From: Felis catus
Lineage: Eukaryota
Reading direction: 5' to 3'
Length of the DNA: 64,000 nt
Assembly: GCF_018350175.1 (NCBI RefSeq)
Contig: NC_058380.1
Coordinates: forward strand, 91,698,001-91,762,000
Shown here: positions 1-12,771 of the stretch, in pieces
How positions within the stretch are numbered: the stretch's first letter is position 1
Layout of the letters: each line of letters starts with the position of its first letter
Made by a program: the position numbers and the translations under genes
Notes under the pieces: generated by a model
Databases searched by the model: none
The model's input: only the letters and a program-made list of their open reading frames with translations
What the model was told of the DNA's origin: nothing

Positions 1-1341
1 AAATCGAGGCTCGGCCAGGGTGGCGCTCTGCCCACGCCGCACAGCTGCGCCAGCACGCCCACTCCAAAGCCCCCAGGCCAACAGGCCGTCCTCAAGGTCA
101 CCTGGCCCAGCTCGCTGACCCGCAGACAGAGCGAGTGCCGGCATCCGGGGAGGCCGCCTTCTGGCTGCACAGCCATCGGCAGCCCTTATCCTCGTGCCTT
201 CCTGTCTCCCCCAGACCTCCTACAGATCAGCCTGGCGGGCAGGAAACTCTGACCTGCCTGTGCCCGGGCCCTAGGCAGCCCCCAGGACGCGGCCACCCCA
301 CGCGTCGGCCTCTCCAACGTCACCCCTGACAGCAGGCACGCAGCCTGCCGGGCACCACCGCTCTGCTCCCTGGCCACCATCACCAGGGTGCCCCCTCTAG
401 AGAGCTGCCCGCTGCTGTGCACCAGGCCTCGCCAAGGCCCCCAGGACACACGAGCTGGACAGGGGAGAGGCTCCCACAGTGTTCTGACCCCTTGCATGGG
501 ACGCACAGATCAACAACCAGCATCTCAAAAAGCCAGAGGGAACCGTACCTGCTAACCCTCCAAGCTGGACGAGTACCCAGGTGCCACCTGAACACACAGC
601 ACTTTGACCTCAGAGCCACCCTGGCCCGTTTGCAGTCGCTCCAAAGAGCTTTCTTCCCCAAACGCCCCTGGAAACATACCCCCGTGTCTTCTCATGGACG
701 TGCGTGGGGAACACGCCAACTTTCGAACCAGGATGTTCTGAAATGACACCTCTTTCCAACGTTCGTGGGGCTGTCTTCCCTGTCCTAAGCTGGTGTGACA
801 CCACAGGAAGCAGCAACAGATGGTGTGCCCCTGCCTCCCATCTGCCGGGCACAGCCACTTTCAACCAAGGCTTCTGGACTTGTAGTCGGCGAGGCCTCGC
901 TTGGGCCGCGTGCCAGAGCACACAGGCATTTGCTCCTCCAACCACAGGACATACGAGGTGTCGTGCCCGAGGCCACTTGGCAGGAGGCCACGGCGCCCTC
1001 TCACGGGTCCACACACTCTCAGCACGTGTGGGCGTGTCTGGGCCCCTGCCCCATCCATCTGTCCCTCTGACAAGCGGGGGAATTCACTCTCTCGAGCCCG
1101 ACGGCACACAGAAGCGCTACGAGGCGCCACTTACTAAAGCCTTTCGGTAGACACGGACAGTGCAGGCCAGGGCAGCCGAGGAGGGAGGACCCCTCAGCCC
1201 ACGCCTCTCAAGGCCACGTCCGGATGTGCTACACAGAAGCACTACCAAGAGCGAAGGGCTCGTGAAAGTCCACTTACTCTCACGAGGTGATTTCACGAGC
1301 CATCAATGACGTACAAATCAATGCTCTAAACTACGTTAGCA

Positions 1342-1510
1342 GGGGCGCGCCTGGGTGGCTCAGTCGGTTAAGCGTCTGACTTCCGCTCAGGTCATGATCT
1401 CGCGGTTCGTGGGTTCGAGCCCCGTGTCGGGCTCTGTGCCGACGGCTCGGAGCCTGAAGCCTGCTTCGGATTCTAGGTCTCCCTCTCTCTCTGCCCCTCC
1501 CCCACTCATA

Positions 1511-1543
<33 letters not shown>

Positions 1544-1602
1544 TCTTTCTCTCTCAAAAATAAACGCTAAAAAAATTTTAAAAATCACTGGTAAAAAAAA
1601 AA
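1342..1602 (+). mobile_element. CAN-SINE (tRNA-derived, felid type) with (CA)n
   Basis: ggggcgc..ctgggtggctcagtcggttaagcg A box, ggttcgagccc B box, CT/CA tract, A-rich tail. Confidence 0.95.
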
Positions 1603-3448
1603 GAGCCACGCTTTAGATCTCTACTCTGTCTTTATTACCTTAACTGAAATCCAACATCAAAAGTAAAGGAGTGTAAGCACACGACCGTGTTACACGGGGG
1701 CAGAGGAGACTAAAGTAAGAAACCAACGGCCCCCTGACAGTACGAGGATTACGGTGATGCTTTCTTTTGAAAACCTCGCTGAGCAGCCTCCCCTACCGTC
1801 TGTGAGACAGAGCTTTATTCTGGCACCGACATTCCGTCTTCTCGAAACCAGACCCGGCTTCTTGGCCGACTGAGCACACCTTCTTCGGCAGGTCCCACTG
1901 CCCTAGCCCATCAGCTTATGCTCCCATTAGACGTACAAGACCCACGCGGGTGGTCTCTTTCTGGCCTTGACCTCTGTCAGCTCTGGCCAGGCCTCAATGA
2001 CCTCGCGAACACAGCCTGGTCAGCGGTCACTACCACCCGACACAGCTGGACGGCGGGGATCGGTATTTCTGTCCTAAATGCGGAGACAGGCCCCGGAGGA
2101 CCCACGGATTCCACCCAGCGCCACGGCACCAGCCCCCGGGTCCCGCCGCGGCCCCTGCCACGCCTGGGGAGTTCTCGGTGCTCACGACCTTAAACGCTGC
2201 GTTCAAATCTCGTTTATGATGCATTTTAACTTTTACAAACCACAACGAAAGACATCACAGAGACTCAAAAGCACTGCCCCAAAATGTAACGCTTTGAAGG
2301 CCATCAATACATCAAGTCCCGCCGCCGTGGCGGGCTGCCTGCCCCGACCACAGAAGAAAACTTCCGCATCCCCGCGCCTGGACTTCTGACTCCCTGGTGG
2401 CCTGCACACGTCCACCCATCTGGGCCTCCCCAGACGACCAGCGCAGTCAGCAGCCCCGACACAGGCACGAAGGATGGTGGGCGGGGTGGCCACCGGAGAA
2501 CAGGACTCGGGGCTCGTGGGCACCCCAACCCGGAACCTCAACGTCCTGCTGGCCCTTTCAAGCTTCCCGCCTATTTCCCAAATACTGACTCTCTCGGGTA
2601 AGTTGCTCATAACCAGAGCAACTCCACTGGCAATGAACGTGTGAACGAGGACTCCCATGCAGTCTGCCCCGGATCTCACACTAACTGATTCCCCAAAAAC
2701 AAGCTCCAGTTAACTTCCGTACAACAGATTCACATTTTGTTAAAAGGGCATCTCTATCAGAGACGAGACAGCATTTACAGAATAGTTCCAGTTACGTGCC
2801 GTTTGAGAACAGGCAAACCAGCCCACGACAACACAAGCTGGGAAGTGATGACGTCTGGCTGCACGAGCCTGTGGCACACGAGACGTCTGCTCTCCTTCCC
2901 GGTTCCTGGCACAGAGCTCCTAAAACCCCTGGGATTTCCAGAGCAACGGGGCCAAGGGAGCATCTTCTGTGACTCATAAGCCCCCTTCACGCCGCCCCCT
3001 GTGAGGGAGGAGAGGGGCCGGAGACTGACCTAACCACCCACGACCAACAAGGCAATCGATCGTACTTTCGTGAAGGAGCCCCCGTAACACCCGGACCAGG
3101 GAGGTTCGGAGCGCTCCCGGACTGGTGACCCGTCACCGTGCCGAGAGGCTGGCGCGCCGGAGGGCGTGGGGGCCGGGCAGCCCTGCCCCACACCTGCCCT
3201 GTGCATCTTCCCACCTGGCTCTGCACGGAATCAGTGTCTCCCTGAGTTCTGTGAGCCACTCTAGACCCAGTGAACCCAAGGAGAGGTCACAGGAATGCCA
3301 CGTTTGGCGTCAGAAGCGCTGAGTACAGAAACGCAGACGTGCCGGAGAGGCCCGGGTACGCAGACGACCGCGCGCCGAGCTGTACCCTCAGGATCTGTAT
3401 ATTTTGCTGTACGTGCGCCTCAACTTCCAAAGAAAAAGATGGAGTTTC

Positions 3449-3560
3449 GGGAAGCCTGGCTGGCTCAGTCGAGGAGGTGCAACTCAATCTTGAGGTCGTG
3501 AGTTCGAGCCCCACACCGGGTGTAGAAACTACTTAAATAAATTCTAAAAATTAAGAAAAA
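3449..3560 (+). mobile_element. Short, older CAN-SINE
   Basis: cctggctggctcagtcg...gagttcgagccccac...tacttaaataa. Confidence 0.85.
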
Positions 3561-3640
3561 GATGTAAATCTCTAATCACGTATACCCATACACGTTTATC
3601 CAAAATAACTCTGTCTCACGATACTAAAAATGGTAGAGCA

Positions 3641-3837
3641 GGGCGCCTGGGTGGCTCAGTCCGCGAAGCACCCGACTTTGGCTCGGCTCATGATCTCACG
3701 GTCCGTGAGTTCGAGCCCCACACTGGGCTCTACGTCGTCAGCGTGGATCCCGCTTCGGACCCTCTGGCCCCTCTCTGCCCCTCCCGGGCTCGCGCGCACT
3801 CGCACGCTATTTCAAAAATAAATAAATAGTAAAAAAA
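3641..3837 (+). mobile_element. CAN-SINE
   Basis: gggcgcctgggtggctcagt head, B box, aaaataaataaa tail. Confidence 0.92.
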
Positions 3838-4074
3838 TCGTTTTTAATTGCAGAGAACCCGCAAGTCAGGTTCTGACAGGAAGAAGCCCCGAAAGAGCGG
3901 TGCCTCTGGCACCGTGTGCTGCCCTGCCGTTTCCTCTGCTGCAGGTGGAGCTGGCGGCAGCCCCTTCACAAGCCCGGGGCCCGGCCTGGGTGCAGAGCAC
4001 GGGGACACCTTCACACGCGCCGACGCTCTAAACTAAGGCATTATGAGCAGACGTTGCGGGTGGGTGAGTGTGTG

Positions 4075-4245
4075 TTTAGTATTTACTTTTGAGAGAGAGA
4101 GACAGAGTGCGAGCAGGGGAGGGGCAGAGGGAGAGGGACACACAGAATCCGAAGCAGGCTCCAGGCTCCCGGGTGTCAGGACAGAGCCCGACGCGGGGCT
4201 CGAACTCATGAACAGTGATTTTGTGACCTGAGCCACCCAGGCGCT
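4075..4245 (-). mobile_element. CAN-SINE (internally deleted)
   Basis: Reverse copy ending gagccacccaggcgc, with GA tract. Confidence 0.88.
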
Positions 4246-6069
4246 CCTATGTGTTTCTGGTCCTAGGTGCCGGCGCGCGCGAGCCTTCGTACCACCTAAA
4301 TGTTGATCTTGAGTCTCTCTGACTAAAAACCAGGGCCCGCGGCAGGGACAAGGTGATCGGTCATGATGCAGCGACTGTCCCTTCGTTCCACCTGACCCAG
4401 CTGACCACCCCGCTCCCCCCCCCTCTCCCTGACCTCTGAGTGTGAGTGCCTGCACGTCCGCAGCCCCCTGGAGAGCTGGGCCCCCCTTCGGTCGCTCCAG
4501 TGGAATCCTCAGAGACCACTCTCTCTCCCTCTCATCCACCGTCTCCAATGCATCAGCAGATCCATTGGCTCTGCCCTCCACAGACCCCTGGAATCTGACC
4601 ACATTGCTGCAGTCAGGCCTTGGCCACCATCCACTGTGTCCTCAGCCTCCACCCTTCCTCCACCCTGCCCGTCCGAGCATCTCGTTCTCAGCAAGGCCTT
4701 CCCTGTCACCTGTCACCGACACTGCACCGTGCTGGCCTCCTCGTGTGGGCCTGTCCCTCTGGAATGAAAGCTAAGCGCCAGGAGGCAGGGACTGGGAGGG
4801 CAGGAGGAGGGACCCGGGCCTGGGCACGGGGTGCAGGAGCGCCCTCCGGGCTTTCCAGGCTTCCGCTCATCCACGGACTCCGGTACCCGGGAAGCCAGCC
4901 CTTCCTCCACACCATTCCAAAGTGGGGCACGCCGAGCCCGGAACCGGGACGAAGTGTCCCTTCAGAGTCATGCCCCTGTTCTCCTCCCACCCCCCACCCG
5001 CTGAGTCCTCACCTCCCTAAACCACAACCAGGTCACCTGCTCCACTGCCCACTGGGCCCTGCAGGAGATGCGGCCTCGATGCTGCTCCCACTCAGAGCTC
5101 GCACATCTCAGCTCAGACCCCGGACGGCTTCCGCTGAGTCTGCCTCTCGCACCCTCCTCCCAGGCTCAGCACCCTCTGTGCAGGGGTGAGGCCCTGTGGT
5201 GGGACAGGGACACGTCCTCCCTGTGGACACAAGAACCAGGCCTCGAGAGTGGTCCTCACGCATCCCCATGAAGGAGCGGGCCCAGTGCAAGGAGAATGGC
5301 ACACCGCCCACGGGCCTGGACTCCAGAACACGACGAAGATGTGCTCCCCACTCTGGGCATCGTCTGCGGGGTGTGTGGGTAATTTCTTCCGGGTTTTCCT
5401 CTCTGGACCTTCCCGCCCTGGCCTCTGGGCATGTCCGTGATGTCCCGCCGTGGAAACCCACCCGGCAACTGCCCACCGCCAGAGAGGGACCCAGATGCGG
5501 CCCTCAAAACACAAAGTGAAGAGGCCTTCATCCTCCCGGAGCAAACGCGTTCTCCAGCGACCGGCGAGTACGGCACATCCTGTGCTCTGGCACCCAGAGC
5601 ATGACCCATACTGCAGGACGAACATGGTCCCCGAGTGACATTCGCATTTATTTCCCTGGGAAGTTTAGAAACCGCTCGAGAGAGAGAACCCCTGGCTGAA
5701 AGCCCCCTCCCCTTGGAGCCCCCTCCGAGGGAGCCAGCAAGGCTCTCTCCATCACATGGCACGGGCGTTTACAGCCTGCCGTCCCCCCTCCCAGGACACT
5801 GAGGCAGGTAACAGGACGGGACCACAGGATGCAGAGATCTGTGACACAACACAGCAGGGCACCGGAGGCACAGGACCAGCGCAGAGGCCCGAGGTCACAG
5901 TGCATGCCTTTGGGGACTGCGGCCACGGGGATTGGGCTCCATTCTGAGAACCAGGTGTCCGGGGAGAGGGGAGAGATCTGCGTCTGCTCAGATGCGTGGA
6001 GACGCCACTTCTAGAAGCACTGAGGGGCTCTGTGGCTTCCAAAGGCTTTAAACGAATCAACTCTTAGCA

Positions 6070-6274
6070 TTTTTGTTTTTTTAAGATTTTTGAGAGAGAG
6101 AGACAGTGTGTGAGCAGGGGAGAGACAGAGACAGAGGAGACACAGAATCCGAAGCAGGCTCCAGGCTCTGAGCTGTCAGCACAGAGCCTGACGCGGGGCT
6201 CGAACCCACGAACCGCGAGATCGTGACCTGGACCGAAGTCAGACGCTTCACCGACCGAGCCACCCAGGCGCCCC
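6070..6274 (-). mobile_element. CAN-SINE
   Basis: Reverse copy ending gagccacccaggcgcccc. Confidence 0.95.
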
Positions 6275-6357
6275 TTGTTTCTTGATTCAAGCACTGGCGA
6301 ATACCGTGGTGCGTAAATCACACTGCAATTAAGCTGTTCAAGAAAAATAAAACTCGA

Positions 6358-6590
6358 GGGGCGCCTGGGTGGCGCAGTCGGTTGAGCGTCCGACTTCAGC
6401 CAGGTCACGATCTCACGGTCCGTGAGTTCGAGCCCCACGTCAGGCTCTGGGCTGATGGCTCGGAGCCTGGAGCCTGTTTCCGATTCTGTGTCTCCCTCTC
6501 TCTCTCTGCCCCTCCCCCGTTCATGCTCTGTCTCTCTCTGTCCCAAAAATAAATAAACGTTGAAAAAAAAAAAAAATTTAGAAAAAAAAG
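6358..6590 (+). mobile_element. Young felid CAN-SINE (SINEC_Fc-like) with target-site duplication
   Basis: Full-length element; aagaaaaataaaactcgag occurs at both 6340-6358 and 6588-6606. Confidence 0.95.
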
Positions 6591-6965
6591 AAAAATAAAA
6601 CTCGAGCAACAATCTCGGGTTGACTGAGACCTGCACCTAAAACCAGCAACCGAGTCGACAGACGCCACTGCCCTCCAGATGCCCCCTCTGCTGAGAGCTG
6701 CTGCGCTGGCCCAGCACAACCCCCCCACCCCGTGCTCTGCCCCACACTCACTGGCTTCCTCGCTCGCTCGCTGGCGTGCACTCTCTCTCACACACACTCT
6801 CTCTGTCCCGGGCTCCTCCACGGACAGTTCCGAGCGGCCCCACTCCAGGATCTGGGCCTCACCTTCATCACGGGGACGCTCACCGGGCTCCTGCCCACAC
6901 ACGGGACACCCCACCTCTACTCACAGGACGCGACAGTGCTGTCTGTGACTGGCACCCTAGTGTGA

Positions 6966-7404
6966 CAGCTGATCTTTGAACGTGGGTCTGAACCGCTCGG
7001 ATCCGCTTCTGCACAGACTGTTTACAGCCCGTCGCAGTAAACGTGCTTTCTCCTCCCTACGAGTTTACCATCTTTCTCTAACGCACGCACGGTCAGAATC
7101 CGGCACACCACACACAAGGAGGTCTGGGGCAGCCGGCTCTTCGCACGATGGCCAGGGCTTCTGCCCAACCGCAGGCTGCTAGCTAAGTGAAGGCGGGAGT
7201 CACAGGCGTGCTCACTCCGCAGCACACGTCCGAAAACTGGAACGGGACAGCATTTAGTGTGGCCTCTGCACGATGACCCGAAAATTTGGGAAGCGTTCCC
7301 ATTTCAAAAAAAAGAAAGGAAGAAAAAAACGTTACACGCAGATTTTCAACTGCGCAGGGAGGGGGTTGGCGCCCCAACCCCCTTGTGTGTTCAAGGGTCA
7401 AGTG
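6966..7404 (+). mobile_element. Tigger2a/MER28-like non-autonomous TcMar-Tigger DNA transposon
   Basis: Imperfect terminal inverted repeats cagctgatctttgaac (6966-6981) and gttcaagggtcaagtg (7389-7404); subterminal sequence resembles the Tigger2 family as I recall it. Confidence 0.75.
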
Positions 7405-7699
7405 TGAAGGCTCCGGAGCCACCGGAGGTGGGGGGCTGAGGGCAGGGAATGAGAGAGCAGGTGAGGAAGACAGGCGGCAGGAGACACTGATACCTCCGGG
7501 ACAAGTCGCAGGGGCGAGGGCGCAACAGGGTGAGAAAAGGTGACCCCAGAGGTCCACCCACCACCCTGAAGTTCAGGGAGCTCGTCCAGATCTGAAACAG
7601 GTGAGAACTCGCCTCTCGGAGGAAGAAGGGAGCACCAGGTAGGCGCAGGGGAGCCCACAGCTGGGGTCAAGGCAGGGGGTACGCGGCGCACAGGCCAGC

Positions 7700-8123
7700 A
7701 ACCAAAGTTCAAGGCAGCCAGGCTGGTGGGTGGAACGCTGTGACCCCGGGTCGTGGCCCCCCGGCCGTGACCTCGCACAGTGGGCCGGGGCGTTGCGGAC
7801 CGCATGTCACCGCGTGGGGACCCCGCGCCACGGCCCCCGGCCGGAGCCGCCGTGGACGCCCGCGGGCGTTCGCGAACTTTCCTGCGCCGGCCCCGCTCCG
7901 ACTTTCAGTTTCCGGCTGCCCGGCTCCGAAAAATCCCCTCAGGCCCGCGGGGCGGCGACCCTGCCGCCGGGGCCCTGACTCCCCGGAGCCGCCCGCCGCC
8001 GCCCTGGCCACCGCCGCCGCCCCCCGACCCCAACCCCCACCGCGACCCCGACCGCGACCCCGACCCCACCAGCTGGACTCACCAACGGTCGCCGCGCGCC
8101 CGGAACTGCACGCCCGCCCAGCT

Positions 8124-8155
<32 letters not shown>

Positions 8156-8560
8156 AGCCGCTGCGGACCCGCCCCCGAGCCCGCCTGACTGACTGACTCG
8201 GGGCCCTACCAGGAGCGCTCAGCCAGCCGCAGCTGGCTCCGATTGGCCAGTTATCTCCCCCCGCCCTCCGCGTTGGCCCGCCCCCCTGACAGACTGACAC
8301 GGGACCCAACCAGGAGCGCGCCGGAGCCGCAGCGGGCGCCGATTGGTCAGAGCCGCCGCTGCGTGGGTACTTAAGTTGAGCCCAGCCCAGGCTCTGTCCG
8401 AGCAGAGCAGGTGGGTGCCGGGTGTCGTGTCCTCGTCGTGCGGTGCGGGGCCGACCTGCGCGAAGGTCTTCCGTGCTTCTAACCTCCTGAGAGCCTGGCC
8501 GATGCCCGCGAAGGGTCAGCCCGGGCCGCGGGCACGGCGGCGGCACCTCCCCCCTCCCCG
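7700..8560 (-). promoter_or_regulatory. CpG-island promoter of TRAF2
   Basis: Dense CpG; GATTGG (CCAAT on - strand) at ~8241 and ~8341; flanks the exon-1 donor. Confidence 0.8.
8124..8153. repeat. (GCC)10 trinucleotide repeat at TRAF2 exon 1
   Basis: Read directly: ten uninterrupted gcc units, flanked by gct/gca variants. Confidence 0.95.
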
Positions 8561-8705
8561 GAGTCCTGCTCACAGCTGGGCCCCGGTTTGGGTCACAACT
8601 CTGAAAAAAAAAAAAAAAATACAAAAACACCCTGCTCACTTAAAGAGTATGAAGGACATAAGGTCGGCTGTCGGGGTTGTGAAATGTTCTACAACCACTT
8701 GGCGG

Positions 8706-8802
8706 CGATGGTTGCCCAACATTATGAATGTACAAATGCCACTGAATCGTACCCTTTAAAATGATTTCAATGGTGAATTTTATGTTGTGGGAATTTCACC
8801 AG
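8706..8802 (+). mobile_element. Old L1M 3'UTR fragment
   Basis: gatggttgcccaacattatgaatgtac..gccactgaa..tttaaaatg..gtgaattttatgtt is a typical L1MB/MC 3' terminus. Confidence 0.75.
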
Positions 8803-9094
8803 CAAACAAAGCCAAAAACGGAGGGCCTCCTGACACATGGAAATGTGGAACACGCAGCATCTAGAAACAAGGCGGTGGCCTTAGCAGAAAAGGGGGGCAG
8901 CGCCGGGGGGAGGGGGGATACGAATGTTGACCCCATCACTTCCTCCACGTGTGTGACCCGAGGCCAGTCTGTTTCTTGATCTGCCAAAGGACAGTTGGGA
9001 TAAAGCGGATTATCTCTCACCAAACACAGCTTTTGCCAAATATGTGACGAACATCTCGTTTTGTCTCATGCCAGTGTTCAGAGGCGGCAACTGC

Positions 9095-9165
9095 TCACTC
9101 CATTTTGCAGAAAAAGAAATAGAGACTCAGAGAGGTGAGATTCCTTCCCCCAAGTCACACAGCAC
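9095..9165. mobile_element. MIR core fragment
   Basis: ccattttgcag..gaaa..gagactcagagaggtgag..cccaagtcacacagc. Confidence 0.7.
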
Positions 9166-11440
9166 ATTCAGCACCCCCACTCTGAGGGGGTCATCTGAGC
9201 AACGGGAACAGTCCAAACCGAAAAACAGGCTGGGCTTTGACGTTACTCGATTTAAGTGCTCTACGCCCTGTGCGGTCTGGAGTCTGCCACATCCTCGGAT
9301 ACGGCAGCAAGGCTGTCCTGCCTCTGACAGAGCTCGGATAGCGGCCGGGTTCCGTGAACCTCCGGGCTGAGTTTGCCACAGGCAACTCCCCGTCCAAACT
9401 ACAGGTTCAGTGGAGGGTTCATTCGAGTCCCATCACCGTCACCTAGTGAGCTCCTCCTGGCGTCTGGGAGGCCAAGGCCGAGCTGTGTACCCACCAGCTG
9501 CCCGGCAGGAAACGGCTCTTGTAAAGAGGAGGTTCACCTGCAGCGGTCTACCCCCACCCCCCTCCTTAAGGGTAAGATCAGGAAGCTGTCCTAATTGGCG
9601 ACTTTCTGCAGCAGGTTCCGGAGACTGTCAGACCTCACTCTTGCAGGATCGGGGACAGCGCAGAAGCCTGAGAGAGGCCCCAGAGTCCAGGAGAGACTTC
9701 CCCGGCCAAGCTCTTGCCCCCTGGGCAGGCAACCCCCTGCAGACCTTGGTGCCCAAAGGGCTGAGCAATCTTAAAGTACCTGCCGGTGGTTTGAGCCTGA
9801 AGGTGCTTTTAGACTTTGCTGTTTCCAAGGATTTTCACACACACGTTTTTAAAACCTTGGATTCTGATGAAAGCAGGCCTTTGGGGCTTGCAGCGCTAAG
9901 AACAGGGGGAGGAAGCCCTGGCCCAGCCCCGATTGGGAAGTGGCCGACCCGCCCCCACCGGCCTGCTCAGTCTGGGGACACCTCGGTCCCGGCTTGCTGG
10001 AAAGGGGTGAGTCACTTTGGTCGTCGGGCGGCTCAGGGGATTCCCACTCAGGTTCCTTCCTGCCAAAAAGAAAGCAAAACTCCACCCGAGGGAGGCAGCC
10101 ACAGTGGGAGGGCCCAGGGAGGGCCCGGGACAGCCCCAAGCAGCCCCAGGAAGGCCCGCGCCGTGCTCGCCCTGCTCCCTGAAGGCTGGGGTCTGGGAGG
10201 CCGCAGAAGGCCACTGTCATGGACCTCAGCGCCCCCCAGAGAGAGGCATGGGCCGGCTGCAGATTGGGGTTCGTGCTGCGGTGTGAACACTGGCCGCTCC
10301 GGGGCAGGAGGGTCCATCGGCTGCCAGTGAGTCTCTGGACTCCCGCGCTCACTCCACTCGATGGCCCGAGTGGAGCTCCAGAGGGGAGGCAGCCCCTCTG
10401 TTCTCCTTTCCCACGGGGTCATCTGTGCCCAGGGACACCTCTGAATGCGGCACCTCCTCTCCCAACAGGCTGCTCCTCTCAGAGGCCTCATGTCCTTTAC
10501 TCGGGCTTGTGCGCGTGGAGCCTGAGGCAGGAGGGCTGACCCAGGCCCCCGCTCAGGATCCAGACACGGGAGGTCCCTCCTGTGCCCAGCACTGTCCCCA
10601 GAGGAAAGGCCCCCCACTAAGGACGGGCTCCCTTACCAAACACAACCCAGTTTCTGTCCTGTCTCGTTTCTCAGACATGAGAAGGCTCCCCCTGGGCAGC
10701 AGCTTCCGAAAGACGCCGGGTTTGCTCTCACGGTACCGTCCTCTGACAGAACCTTTCTAGAAAGGCCGGCCGGGAGGGGCGCCCCGCGCCCCCCGCCCCC
10801 CCAACAAAGTGCACACCTGCCACAGTCCCTCTCCCAGGGCAACCCCCTCAGAAAGGAGAAACGCACGGGTGGTGAGGCTCGTGCTAACTTAGCAGCAGGG
10901 CGGGGGTGTCCCAGGGCTGCAGAGAGGAGGAGGAGAAGCCGGCGTCCTGAAGGGTCAGCCCAGGGCTGGCCCCCAGCAGTGACCCCGTGCCGAAGTCGCT
11001 CGTGGTGACCCACATGTGCAGAACACAGCGTCCTCTGGGAGCAGAGGCGGGCGACAGCTTCCACGCCCACCTCAACTCCCTGTAGACTTGGAAAGAGACG
11101 CAGAAAGTCGCAAGAGTGGTGAGGGGGGAAGAGGAGGGGACACGTTCACTCTACACCACCCCACGTTTTCAAACCCACCCGATGATATTACCAGTTGAAA
11201 ACCGTGTGTGTTTTAAGCAACAGAAGGTCACTTCAGAAGCTCTGGAAAACACAGAAAAGTACCACGGAGAAAACACAGATCACCCCCGATTCTCCCACCC
11301 GGAAGCGCACTCCGCAGAGGTCCCCTACTCCGTTTAGCACCCACCTCCCTCCGGCCAACCTCAGAACAGAAATGCCACACCATACCCCAGAGCCAAAGGC
11401 CCAGGCCACAACCTCACGGGCAGAATTTAAAATGCCCAGT

Positions 11441-11550
11441 CTGGGCGCACCTGGCTGGTTCATCCAGGAGAGCATGCAACTCTTGATCTCAGGGTTGTGA
11501 GTTTGAGCATAGAGATTACCTTAAAACAAAAACCAAAAAACCAAAAAACA
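11441..11550 (+). mobile_element. Short, older CAN-SINE
   Basis: gggcgcacctggctggttca..actcttgatctcagggttgtgagtttgagc..gagattacc plus A tail. Confidence 0.8.
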
Positions 11551-12771
11551 GCCCAGGCTGCCCGGGGCATCTCTAGCCTCTGCTCACTGGGCAGGTCTAG
11601 CCCCAGGGCATTTGCACCAGCCAGGCCCTTACCGGGACCAGCTCCCTTCCTCTCCCAGGCACTTGGCAACCCCCTGAGCCCTCTGCAGGCCTTAGAAGGT
11701 CTCCAGATAGAGGAGTCTCTCTCCTGGTGGCCTTGAGTTAAGAGGGATCCTCCTCCCCACATCCCATGTAACTCAAATCAGGTCGTATGTCTCTTCCCCA
11801 GATATGGGTCCCTGTTTGGCAGTGGTCCCTTTGGCCACATTCGGGGCTCAGTTCCTGGCTCGTTTTTGTCGGACAGATGAAGGCACGATCCGGTAACTAA
11901 TGGCCGGACAGAGTTCGGGTCCCCAGGGCCGTCTTTGGAGCCTGATGCCACCGCCCTCCTCCTGGCCCACCTCGCCCCTCCCCAACGGGCACAGCAGCAG
12001 GTCCGCAGCCGCCCTCTGCCGGGCCCAGCCGGAACTGCAGCCCGGGCCCTGAGGGCGCCGCGAGCACCTGCTCTCTCCAGGGACCTTGCTCTGATTGCCT
12101 CATTTCAAACGTGCAGACCGTGAGGTGGCTTTGCTCACACTCGCACCCACCAAGTTGATCACCCGGCCAAGGTCCGCAGCCCCGTCTCTGGGAGGCTCCA
12201 AATGGCCCTCCCAGGGTCTCTCCACCCCGCCACAGCGGGCTCTCCTGGGCCCACCGCTGCTGCCCTCTGCAGTGGGCCCCCCTGTTCAGCTGTAACCCTG
12301 AACCCCAGCATTCTCCAGCCCAAATGGGACCTCCAACCCTGGTCCTCCCACCTGTCCACCGTCCTTCCTTGCTTCCCCAGACCCCAGGCCACACCTGTCA
12401 GCCCCCACCCTCTCCAGCCAGCTGGCATCTCTCTCTCCCAGTGACCATCTGCCGATGCCCTGTCCCCGCTTGGTCTAGGTGGTCCTACCCTCTGACGCTG
12501 ACCGGGGCTGAAGGGAGTCTCTCCCCGGTGCCCGTGCTCCCTCACAGGGTGACCTCCCTGCCTTGTCCTCCTGCACACGGGGCCTTTCCAGTCCTCCCGG
12601 CCTGCTGGGGAACCGGACACTGGTTGGACCCTTTTTAATCTCCCTCCTGCACAGAACCGAAGAATATTCAGTGATGGCAAGCAGTACAAATGTTCCTTGG
12701 CTGAACCTCACGTAAACAATCATGCTGGTAAGAAAGGGAAATGCGTTCGACAGAAAATACGAACAAGGATA

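Larger units (their letters stand above)
1..8200 (-). other. TRAF2: TRAF2 5' end: non-coding exon 1 (~8083-8200) plus part of intron 1; coding exons lie left of the window
   Basis: Minus strand reads gcagttccgggcgcgcggcgaccgttg|GTGAGT (donor at 8082), matching my recollection of the TRAF2 5'UTR exon 1. It sits in a CpG island and in the expected position relative to EDF1-MAMDC4-PHPT1-AJM1-RABL6. No TRAF2 coding peptide appears in the ORF track. Confidence 0.8.

Noticed and set aside
1342-1440. tRNA-like A/B boxes here and in other SINE heads
   Set aside because: They continue into SINE body and tail; these are tRNA-derived CAN-SINEs, not tRNA genes.
1-7700. Search for TRAF2 coding exon 2 or a hidden gene in intron 1
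   Set aside because: No RING-domain peptide or other recognisable protein in any frame; the sequence is repeats plus GC-rich intron.
9410-10330. 306-aa + strand ORF upstream of TRAF2
   Set aside because: Non-ATG start, low-complexity G/P/R/A composition, no domain or splice support.
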